A stretch of 57,661 bases of DNA from a virus. Lineage: Duplodnaviria; Caudoviricetes. Each line of letters starts with the position of its first letter. Positions within the stretch are counted from its first letter, which is position 1. The stretch is from positions 1-57,661 of IMG/VR virus record IMGVR_UViG_3300029268_000020; one strand, 5' to 3'. Shown here piece by piece: positions 49,597-57,661 of the stretch. A program made the translations under genes and the position numbers. Under the pieces are notes generated by a model that was not told the DNA's origin, did no database searches, and saw nothing but the letters and a program-made list of their open reading frames with translations.

Positions 49597-50130
49597 ATGA
49601 CGGCAGTATGCGGGATGGGGCGGCGGCGGGCGAGTCGAAAAAGCGAAGATGTATTTTACGCCCCGCCGGAGGGGTTGGGGGCGGCGCTGGCGGAGGACCT
49701 GCGCGAGGCGCGCAAAGAGCGCGGGGGCGTCAACGAGGCGGTGGCGGCGAGCTGCGGGGTGGAGCCGATGACGGTCTATACCTGGAGCGAGCGGGCGGGT
49801 CACCAGTGGACGACGGGGCAGATCGAGGCGGTGATCGAGGCGACGGGGGGACGCCACGCGCTGGTCTGGCTGATGACCCAGGCGGCCAAGCGGGAGCAGG
49901 GAGCGGCGGCGGCGGGGACGGGGACGGGGCCGTTCGACGTGCTGGAGCGGCTGGGGCGGATCGGGGAGGGGCTGGCGGCGCTGACGCGGCGGGCGGCGGA
50001 GTTTCTGGCGCCGGGGGGGCGGTCGCCGGGAGAGTTTGACGCGCGCGAGCGGCGGGCGTTGGCGGCGCTGACCGAGGCGAGCCAGGCCGAGCTGGTGGGG
50101 GTGCGGACGCTGATCGCGGGGTTGGAGTGA
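49597..50130 (+). CDS. CII-like regulatory protein
   Basis: GGVNEAVAASCGVEPMTVYTW...IEAVIEATG; FDARERRAL. Confidence 0.65.
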   Translation: MTAVCGMGRRRASRKSEDVFYAPPEGLGAALAEDLREARKERGGVNEAVAASCGVEPMTVYTWSERAGHQWTTGQIEAVIEATGGRHALVWLMTQAAKREQGAAAAGTGTGPFDVLERLGRIGEGLAALTRRAAEFLAPGGRSPGEFDARERRALAALTEASQAELVGVRTLIAGLE

Positions 50131-50180
50131 TTTTTTAACCACGGATGGGCACGGAAGGCGCGGATGAGAGGTGAAGGGCG

Positions 50181-50387
50181 ATGTGGACGGTGGTGACGGA
50201 ACAGGACCTGGAGGCGGTGGAGCGGCTGGCGGGCGGGATGGCCGAGCTGTGCCCGGACTGCGGGGGACTGTGGGAAGTGCAGGTCGGGCGGGTGGTGCGG
50301 ACGTGCTGCGGCAGGCAGCGCGAGCGCCTGGAGCGGCTACTGGCGCTGGGGCGCGGGGAACTGGAGCGCGAGGCGCGGGCGGCATAG
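50181..50387 (+). CDS. Small zinc-ribbon protein
   Basis: CPDC...TCC. Confidence 0.6.
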   Translation: MWTVVTEQDLEAVERLAGGMAELCPDCGGLWEVQVGRVVRTCCGRQRERLERLLALGRGELEREARAA

Positions 50388-50481
50388 GGGAGAGGGATGT
50401 TGACCACGGATAGCGCGGAGGGACGCGGATTGATACCGGGGGGAGAGGGATTTTTACCACGGATAGCGCGGAGGGACGCGG

Positions 50482-51009
50482 ATGAAGATGGAAGCGGAAC
50501 TGGAAGTTCTGAATCTGGAGGCGGCGCGCGAGGAGCTGGCGCGGCTGCAGGAGATCAACGAGGCGCGTGATGCGCGGATCGCGCGGCTGGAGCGGGAGGC
50601 GGGGGAGCTGTGGGAGGCGCTGGCGCCGTTCGCGAAGCTGGGCGCCGAGTTGCCGGAAATGTATCCGGGGTTTTATCTGCTGGAGCACAAATGTTCATGG
50701 CCGAGGGCGGATGAATTCCGGCGGGCCGCGGCCGCGCTGGGATTGATCGGCGAGGGATGCGGCCGAGGCGCCCGGGCCGAGACGAAGGAGCCGGCTGAAG
50801 CCGGGACAACGAACCCGCGGCCGGGGGAGATCGTGGCGGCGCTGTGGGAGGGGGCGGCGGCGCGGATGACGAGGCTGCGGGAGGCGTATGAGGAGTTGGG
50901 CGGGGCGGGCGCGCCGGCGCTGTTCATCGCGCTGCGGCCGCTGTGGCGGCGCTACGAGGCCGGAGAGCGCAGCGAGGAGCTGTGGACGGCGATCATGGAG
51001 CTGGCGTGA
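50482..51009 (+). CDS. Hypothetical protein
   Basis: Coiled-coil N-terminus; in-frame PAEAGTTN repeat. Confidence 0.65.
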   Translation: MKMEAELEVLNLEAAREELARLQEINEARDARIARLEREAGELWEALAPFAKLGAELPEMYPGFYLLEHKCSWPRADEFRRAAAALGLIGEGCGRGARAETKEPAEAGTTNPRPGEIVAALWEGAAARMTRLREAYEELGGAGAPALFIALRPLWRRYEAGERSEELWTAIMELA

Positions 51010-51064
51010 GGAAGATCCATGGCCACGAAAGACACGAAAGACACAAAAAAGGGGAGGGACGGCG

Positions 51065-51253
51065 GTGAAACACAAGCGGACCGAAGTGGAGTATGTGGAG
51101 TTGCCGCCCTATTTGTGGACGCGGCCGGAGAAGGCGGCGCGGGCGGCGCGGAATTTTTTGATCATGCTGGGGATCGTCGGGCTGGGGCTGGCGGGGGCGC
51201 TGGCGCTGTGCCTGAGATACAGCGCCTGGCTGCGGGAGCTGGGGGGGAAATAG
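51065..51253 (+). CDS. Small single-TM protein
   Basis: FLIMLGIVGLGLAGALALCL; GGAGGG before GTG. Confidence 0.55.
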   Translation: MKHKRTEVEYVELPPYLWTRPEKAARAARNFLIMLGIVGLGLAGALALCLRYSAWLRELGGK

Positions 51254-51325
51254 CAAGAAAGTAGCTGAGTAGCTGAGTAGCAAAGTAGCTGAGAAATTAA
51301 CCACGGAGGGCGCGGAGGGGCGCGG

Positions 51326-51601
51326 ATGAACAGGCTGCCGGAAAGCGGAGAGGAGATCCCGGATCGGGTCTGGCACGCGGCGTGCGACACGTGCCTGGAG
51401 GCCGTCGAGGACATGAAGGGCAGGATCGAGGCCGGGGCGCGCGGGGACAAGCTGCGCGCCGTGCTGCTGGGCAACCTGGCCGCGGCGGTAAGCATGGCGC
51501 TGCTGATTGGGGAAGAGCTGGCGCTGGCGAAAGTGCAGATCAAGGAACTTAAGAGCGAGCTGGAGCGGCGGGGCGGCGGCAAGCGCAACGGCGACGGCTG
51601 A
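51326..51601 (+). CDS. Hypothetical protein
   Basis: ATG supplied by a nonamer repeat; 91 aa. Confidence 0.65.
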   Translation: MNRLPESGEEIPDRVWHAACDTCLEAVEDMKGRIEAGARGDKLRAVLLGNLAAAVSMALLIGEELALAKVQIKELKSELERRGGGKRNGDG

Positions 51602-51684
51602 AATTTAACCGCGGATGGCGCGGAAGGCACGGATGAGGGAGAGGGATTTTTGACCACGGATGGGCACGGAGGGACGCGGATGAA

Positions 51685-52330
51685 ATTGGCCGGGAAGACG
51701 GCCTGAAGGAATCCCCACAACAAGCGGGGTGGATAAGCTGGATGCAAGCCAGAGGCGGAGGGGACGTGCCGGACAACCTGGTTGGAGCCGGCGGGTCAGC
51801 CAAGCGGACGTGAAGACCAGGACGCATCCACCCCCAATGAGGCAACCGGACGCGCCGGCCGAAGGCCTGAGCTGGTCTCAGGCCACCGAGGTAGATCGGC
51901 CGTTCCGGAGTGGACCGCGAAGCCGTTGGAAATTGGTGGAGCGGTCCATGGCGCGGGCGACACCGGCCCGGATCGGACTAACCATGGAAAGACCGATTGA
52001 AAGGGCGTGACAGCCGGCAGAGACCGGCAACAAGTTTGGGCCGCGACGTCAATGCACATCAAGCGAGAGCGCCTGGCAATGCCAGGCGTGCGGCGGCGCG
52101 GCCCAAAATGACCTGACGGGTAAACGGTGAAACCCGGACCATGAGGGGATAACGCCAGGGCTTAAATCTCTGGATAATGCCTCAAGGAACTGTGGCAATC
52201 CTGCACCGTGACAGGCCGGGAGAGACCGGCACCTTTCCATACGCCGCCGGGCGCGGGCCGGGCGACGCCACAAACAACCGACGAGGCGGAACGCAGCATG
52301 GATGTTACAGCCGGGACGAGTCGGGGAGAT
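51685..52330 (+). ncRNA. Candidate large structured non-coding RNA or RNA-element cluster
   Basis: Several 8-11-bp stems, recurring GTGACAG-GCCGG-SAGAGA-CCGGC motif, no convincing ORF; strand assumed from the operon. Confidence 0.55.
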
Positions 52331-52808
52331 TGCAAATCAGCAATTCAAAATTTAACCACGGATGACGCGGACAACACGGATGGAGGAGCGGACGGGGACG
52401 TCCGCGCTCCCATGAAATTCGTGGTTCGAGGCAGCGCCGCGCCCTGGACAGTTCGCCGGGCTTGGCGACGGGAAACCCCAATCCCGCCCGTCGCGAAGTC
52501 AGTCCGGCCGGACCTTTGATTCCCCGGAGGTCAACGGCCGGCGTCCGCGCCAAGGCGCGGCGGCGACCGGGAGCCGGGCGCGGCGCTGCCTGGAGCCACG
52601 GAACAATTGTAGATTGTGGATTGTAGATTGCGGATTGGGGGAGCGGACGGGGGCGTCCGCGCTCCCAGGAGAGTTTGTGCGGCGGGCCGGCCTTCCTTGA
52701 ACACGAACGCGGAGAACGACTGAGGCCCACCTTAAAACCGCTACGCGACCGAACGGTCCGCCGCACAAGAAGAAGGACAAAGGACAAAGGACAAAGGACG
52801 AAGGACGC

Positions 52809-53141
52809 ATGGTGAAGGATGACATGGCGGCGGAGCGGATGGCGTGGGCGCCGGCGGAGGTGCGGATCCTGGGGCTGGTGCGCGAGCTGCGCGAGCTGCT
52901 GGGGACGATGGAAGGGGTGGAAGTGCGGGGGACGGCGCCGGAGGGGCTGGCGCTGCGGGTGTGGCTGCCGGGACGGGAGTGGGTGCAGGCCAAGTTGGGA
53001 GCCCAGGTGACGGCGGCCTGCGCGAGGCGGTGCGAAGGGTGCGTGAGGGCAAGGAAGGGCAAGGAAGCGCGACCACGAAAGACACGGAAAACACGAAAAA
53101 TAATTAAAGAAGAGGGCGAGGGCGGGAAAGCGGGTGGTTGA
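52809..53141 (+). CDS. Hypothetical protein
   Basis: Coding-like ORF with repeat-derived C-terminus. Confidence 0.55.
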   Translation: MVKDDMAAERMAWAPAEVRILGLVRELRELLGTMEGVEVRGTAPEGLALRVWLPGREWVQAKLGAQVTAACARRCEGCVRARKGKEARPRKTRKTRKIIKEEGEGGKAGG

Positions 53142-53142
53142 G

Positions 53143-54216
53143 ATGGGTCGGACGCGGGAGGAGATGTTGGAAGATAGCGGGCGGACGGGGATGCTGGACG
53201 TGCGGCCGTGCGAGGCGGAGACGTGCGACGGGGGCTGCGGGACGGTCAGGCAGGCGCACCGGCCATGGTGGACGCGAGACGGGCTGTTCGGCTACTGCGA
53301 CAAGTGCCGGCGGGAGGAGGGCGGCGAGGGCTGGCGGGCGATGGACGAAGGACAAAGGACAAAGGACGAAGGACAAAGAGGGGAGGGGGAGAGGGAGAAA
53401 GGTGAGAAGGGGGAGGGGGAGAGGGAGGGAGATGAAACCACGGATGGCGCGGAAGGCGCGGATGGGAAAGAGGGGACGGGGGAGAGCGCGCGCGAGTGGT
53501 TCGAACGCCAAACACGGCACGAAATTGAGAATTTTGACAAAGTGCGAAAACTGGGGAAGATGCGGGAAGAAGTGGATACGAAGGGGCTGGTGCTGAATTT
53601 CAGGCCGTGGGGAGAACGGGGAAGGGGTAAGGACAAAGGACAAAGGGGGAAGGGGGGGGAGGGTAATCATTTGGAAACGGAGGAGACAGAGATGAAGGAA
53701 GGAAACGGCAAGAAGCGGGGCGGGTGGACGATGAGTCCGGAGGCGCGGGCGCACGTAAGCGAGGGGATAAAGCGGGCGCATGCGAAGAAGGCCGAGGAGC
53801 GGCGGGCCAGGCTGATGAAGCTGGAAAGTACAAAGGACGAAGGACGAATGGGGGAAGGAGCGGCGGTGGGGAACGGGGAGCGGGAGCGGACGGGGGCGTC
53901 CGCGCTCCCAGGCAAGGCGGGGCGGGGGCTCAAGGGACGAGTGGTAATCACGTCGACGCCGGCGCCGGAGACCCTGGGTGAGGAGACGCGGCGGGCGCTG
54001 GAGAAGATGGGGCGGGCGGCGGTGCGGGCGATGCAGGGCGGCCCGGCCGGCGTGGAGCACGCGGAAAACGAGGAGACGGTCGGGCTGAGCGAGGCGCTGG
54101 CGGCGCTCAAGGTGTTGGCGCGGCTGGGCCGGGAGCATCCGGAGACGCTGGGGACGCTGCGGCGGATGAACGAGGCGGACCTGGTGGAGTTGCTGGAGGC
54201 GGCCGCGGCATTATAA
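53143..54216 (+). CDS. Repeat-rich multi-module hypothetical protein
   Basis: Cys-rich N-terminus, NUMOD3-like MSPEARAHVSEGIK, in-frame repeats. Confidence 0.6.
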   Translation: MGRTREEMLEDSGRTGMLDVRPCEAETCDGGCGTVRQAHRPWWTRDGLFGYCDKCRREEGGEGWRAMDEGQRTKDEGQRGEGEREKGEKGEGEREGDETTDGAEGADGKEGTGESAREWFERQTRHEIENFDKVRKLGKMREEVDTKGLVLNFRPWGERGRGKDKGQRGKGGEGNHLETEETEMKEGNGKKRGGWTMSPEARAHVSEGIKRAHAKKAEERRARLMKLESTKDEGRMGEGAAVGNGERERTGASALPGKAGRGLKGRVVITSTPAPETLGEETRRALEKMGRAAVRAMQGGPAGVEHAENEETVGLSEALAALKVLARLGREHPETLGTLRRMNEADLVELLEAAAAL

Positions 54217-54330
54217 CCACGGAAAGGCCCAACCACGAAAAACGCGAAGCACACGAAAGACGGGAAAGAAATTGACCGCGGATGACGCGGAAGGCGCGGA
54301 TGGGGAATTTGGGCGCGGGGAGGCGCGAAA

Positions 54331-54924
54331 ATGATTGAGGCCTCGATACGGGAGTTGTTGCTGAAGATCAAGGCGTTGGCGGAGCGCGGGGCCAGCGAGG
54401 GGGAACGCGCGGCGGCGCGGGGGATGCTGGAGCGCAAGCTGGCGGCGCTGAAGATCACGCTGGCGGACCTGGAGCATGAAGAGAAGGAGATCGTCTGGTT
54501 TATCTACGCCAACGAGCAGGAGCGCCGGGTGATCGCCCATATCATGATGCGGCTGTTCGACCTGGATTCATTCTACAAGTCGCCCCTGAGGAAGAAGCGG
54601 GCGGGCTACGAGCTAACCAAGGCGCAGACCATCGAGGCGGCGGAGTGGGTGCGGCATTACCTGAGCGCCTTCCGGGAGGATTGGCGCGTCGAGACCCTGG
54701 CGTACAAGAAGCGGCTGAGCCTGATGTCGGTGGCGTTCGTGAATAAACACAAATTATTTTCCACGAATGAAGCGGTTGGGGGCGGTCCCAAAAAGAAAAC
54801 CGACATCGAGGAGATCAGGAGCATCCTGGTCATGATGGAGGGCCTAAAGGAGGTCAATCCGCCGCGGGCGAAGATGAGAAGCGGAGAGCCGGCGCGGGCG
54901 ATCGGCTGGGAAAAGGGGAAGTAA
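54331..54924 (+). CDS. DUF2786-like phage protein
   Basis: LLKIKALAERGASEGERAAAR.ML. Confidence 0.7.
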   Translation: MIEASIRELLLKIKALAERGASEGERAAARGMLERKLAALKITLADLEHEEKEIVWFIYANEQERRVIAHIMMRLFDLDSFYKSPLRKKRAGYELTKAQTIEAAEWVRHYLSAFREDWRVETLAYKKRLSLMSVAFVNKHKLFSTNEAVGGGPKKKTDIEEIRSILVMMEGLKEVNPPRAKMRSGEPARAIGWEKGK

Positions 54925-54995
54925 AAATTAACCGCGGATGACGCGGAAGGCGCGGATGGGGATTTCAGATTTCAGATCGTAAATTGGGACTGTGA

Positions 54996-57661
54996 ATGGG
55001 GAAGCGGATGGGGTGGCCGGGGTTTGTGAAGATCCGGGTGCTGAATACGCCGGCGGAGACGGGGATGGGGCGGCTGCACGTCGTCACGATCTGGATCAGG
55101 CCGCTGGCGGGAACCGGAGATGAACGGCGGGAATTGGGGGCGTTGCACGAGCTGTTGCGGGAAGGGGGATTCGGTTATGAAATATGGGCGCTGGCGGGGG
55201 AATGGCACTGGACGGCGGACAACGGCGAGAAATCGCGGGCAGCCTATGACCGGGCGGCGGGAAGCCGCTGGGTAAGCCGGAGGTGGCAGGAAGCGTCGAC
55301 GAGCGATGGACCAAGGACAAAGGACGAAGGACAAAACGCGGACGGGGAAGAGACGGACGCCATGAAACCAGGGGAAAGAAAAGAGGGTGGGGAGATGACC
55401 ACGAAAGACACGAAGCACACGAAAAAAGGGACGGGGCCGGCGGCGGACGGTTCCGAGGCGGAAATCATACGTAAGGCCGACGCGGGGGATTGGAAATGGG
55501 AGGTTGGGCAACGGGTTCGCGTGAAGGATCGGGACGGCTATAATTTTGGCGGGAAGATCTGGGAGCGGGTGATTTTTCGGGGACGGCGGGTGTACCGGCT
55601 CGAAGGGCCGAGTTTCAGACTGCCGACGGACAAGGAGATTGAATGGGAGGAAGACGAGCTGGAGCCGATCCCGCAGCACCGAGCGGGGACGTGCCAGTAC
55701 TGCGGCTGTGAAGACGAGCACGGATGCGAGGAGGGGTGCTCGTGGGTCGATCGAAAGCGGACGGTGTGCACCTCGTGCGTGGCGGAGGCGGAGACGGAGG
55801 CGAAGGCGAAGGGTGAAGGACAAAGGACAAAGGACAAAGGACGAAGGACAAAGGAGGACAAAGGACAAACTCCCGGAGAAACCACGGATGACGCGGATGG
55901 CGCGGATGGGGAAGAAGGATTGGCCACGAAAAACACGAAGCACACGAAAGGAAGCGGACAAGATGTCCGCGCTCCCAGTAGGTTGACGGCGATCCTGGAC
56001 GGGTTGGCGGCGGAGACGGAGCGGGTTTACCTGGTGCCGCTGGACCAGATCGAGGCGCATCCGAAGAACCCGCGGCACATCAATATCGCCAAGCCGGACA
56101 AGGCGCTGCTGGAGCTGGCGGAGTCGATCAAGGCCCAGGGGGTGAAGGAGCCGGCGCTGGGGCGGCCTTTGCCGCTGCCGGAAGGACCGGGGACGAAGGA
56201 CAAAGGACAAAATAAGATCCAGTTGGTGTTCGGGCATCGGCGCTGGCATGGCTGCCGGTTGGCGGGGGCGGCGTCGCTCAAGATGTACGTGCGGGAGATG
56301 GACGACATCGAGGCGCTGGAGCTGATGAGCCTGGAGAATTTGCAGCGCGAGAATCTGACGCCGCTGGAGGAGGCGGCGGGGATCCGCAACCTGACGGAGC
56401 TGGGGCGGACGCACGGGGAGATCGCGGCGGAGCTGGGCAAGCCGCTCAGCTTCGTGGCGCGGCGGGCGGCGCTCCACCGGCTGGACGAGCGCTGGGTCAG
56501 GGCGCGCCAGGGTGAGGACAAGCGCCTGGACGTGAGCGGCTGGGGAGCGAGCCACCTGGAGCTGGTGGCGTCGTTGCCCGCGGAGATGCAGGCCAAGCTG
56601 TACGGAGACCTGAGCGGGAGCCACTGGTGGGGAGGGGGCGGTCCGGGCGGCTGGAGCCTGGGCGAGCTGAGCCGCTTCATCGGCCAGGCGCTGCACCTGG
56701 TCAAGCTGGCGCCGTGGGGCGTCAAGGCGGAGGAGCTGGCCGGCGAGTGCGCCTGCCAGGTGTGCTCGCGGCGCAGCGGCTGCCAGCCCGAGCTGTTCGA
56801 GTCGCTGGCGGGGGAGGCCGCGGAGGACGAGGAGCGAGGGAATTGCAACGGGGAGATCGTGGGCAAGGACGACACGTGCCTGGATCCCAAGTGCTGGGAG
56901 CGGAAAATGGCGGCCTGGCTGGAGCGCAAGGCCGGGGAGCTGAAGGAGGAGCACGGCGACCAGGTCAAGCTGGTGCGGGAGAGTTACAGTCCGCCGAGCC
57001 CGGCGCAGGCGAAGGCCAATCCGCTGCTGGCCAAGACGGTGTACAAGGGCGACCTCCGGGCGGCCAAGAAGGGCGAGGCGGGGGCGTTCCCGATCTTGCA
57101 GGTGGAAGGAGCGGCGGCGGGCCAGACGCAGTGGATGAAGGCGGAGAGTTATGCCGCGAACAAGCCGGGACTGGCGGCGCCCAAGACGCTGGCGCAGAAG
57201 CGGAAGGAGCTGGAGGGGCGGCGGCTGATCAGGAGCTGCGAGGAGGTGATCGGGGAGCTGGAGCGGCTGATGGCTGACAATGGCAAAGGGATCGACCTGG
57301 AGAAACTCCCCGGCGGCTGGTTTCAGCGGACGATCGCGGTGGTGGTGCTGCGAGGCTGCCGGGCCCAGGGCGAGCAAAAGATCTGCTGCGCCAAGAACTT
57401 CCCGAAGGACATCGAGGCGCTGGCGGCTGACGTGCCCCGGCTGGATATGGCGCTGGTGGCGCGGGCGATGGACACGATGCTCCGGGAGTTGAACGATGAT
57501 GTGAAATACAAACTTCACGAACAAGCGCAGAAGACGGCCGCGGCGATCTGCTGGGTGTGGGGCTGGCCGTGGGCGGCGTTCCTCAAGCGGGGCGAGGCGG
57601 CGATCCCGGAGCCGAAGGCGTGGGCGGCCCAGGAAAAGGACAAAGGACAAAGGACAAAGGA
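54996..57661 (+). CDS. ParB/RepB/Spo0J-family protein with N-terminal extensions; continues across the join to 254
   Basis: Manual translation: VPLDQIEAHPKNPR..LLELAESIKAQGV.EP..GHRRW..ENLQRENLTPLEEA; absent from the ORF track because its stop is beyond the window end; true start uncertain. Confidence 0.85.
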   Translation, partial: MGKRMGWPGFVKIRVLNTPAETGMGRLHVVTIWIRPLAGTGDERRELGALHELLREGGFGYEIWALAGEWHWTADNGEKSRAAYDRAAGSRWVSRRWQEASTSDGPRTKDEGQNADGEETDAMKPGERKEGGEMTTKDTKHTKKGTGPAADGSEAEIIRKADAGDWKWEVGQRVRVKDRDGYNFGGKIWERVIFRGRRVYRLEGPSFRLPTDKEIEWEEDELEPIPQHRAGTCQYCGCEDEHGCEEGCSWVDRKRTVCTSCVAEAETEAKAKGEGQRTKDKGRRTKEDKGQTPGETTDDADGADGEEGLATKNTKHTKGSGQDVRAPSRLTAILDGLAAETERVYLVPLDQIEAHPKNPRHINIAKPDKALLELAESIKAQGVKEPALGRPLPLPEGPGTKDKGQNKIQLVFGHRRWHGCRLAGAASLKMYVREMDDIEALELMSLENLQRENLTPLEEAAGIRNLTELGRTHGEIAAELGKPLSFVARRAALHRLDERWVRARQGEDKRLDVSGWGASHLELVASLPAEMQAKLYGDLSGSHWWGGGGPGGWSLGELSRFIGQALHLVKLAPWGVKAEELAGECACQVCSRRSGCQPELFESLAGEAAEDEERGNCNGEIVGKDDTCLDPKCWERKMAAWLERKAGELKEEHGDQVKLVRESYSPPSPAQAKANPLLAKTVYKGDLRAAKKGEAGAFPILQVEGAAAGQTQWMKAESYAANKPGLAAPKTLAQKRKELEGRRLIRSCEEVIGELERLMADNGKGIDLEKLPGGWFQRTIAVVVLRGCRAQGEQKICCAKNFPKDIEALAADVPRLDMALVARAMDTMLRELNDDVKYKLHEQAQKTAAAICWVWGWPWAAFLKRGEAAIPEPKAWAAQEKDKGQRTK
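57536..57661. repeat. Terminal direct repeat, right copy
   Basis: Identical to 5-130. Confidence 0.95.

Noticed and set aside
51261-51293. Isolated short tandem repeats (GTAGCTGA here; AGCATGGGA at 31510; CACGGACTAA at 40203)
   Set aside because: Single occurrences, treated as minor members of the general repeat phenomenon
54972-57650. 892-aa minus-strand ORF, and similar ones at 10139-12118, 12179-13534, 13519-14565 and 35516-37033
   Set aside because: Antisense shadows of high-GC plus-strand genes, with Arg/Pro-rich non-protein-like composition

Overview
The window looks like a complete ~57.5-kb temperate, podovirus-like phage genome in circular (excised) form: positions 5-130 repeat exactly at 57536-57661, and a ParB-family ORF runs across the join. 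Gene order is: early/replication genes (HD hydrolase, radical SAM, replication initiator with a DnaA-N-like domain), terS, terL, P22-like portal, scaffold, capsid, head/tail proteins, lysis genes, tail nozzle, ejection proteins (one of 2860 aa), an orphan module, attP (3' half of tRNA-Val CAC), integrase, excisionase, a membrane gene, cI/cro and an early operon. Main unusual features: (1) the gene directly downstream of cI is an inverted, diverged copy of part of the phage's own giant ejection protein fused to a membrane domain, a candidate decoy-type superinfection-exclusion system; (2) about eight families of short repeats, all on the + strand, sit at most gene junctions, supply stop and start codons and are inserted in frame in proteins; (3) a ~650-nt highly structured non-coding region with a recurring hairpin motif; (4) virion-region proteins carry signal peptides, one of them interrupted by an in-frame TAA; (5) nested ORFs and promoter-like sites lie inside the giant gene. 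All family assignments come from recognising motifs by eye, not from database searches, and repeat coordinates are approximate.
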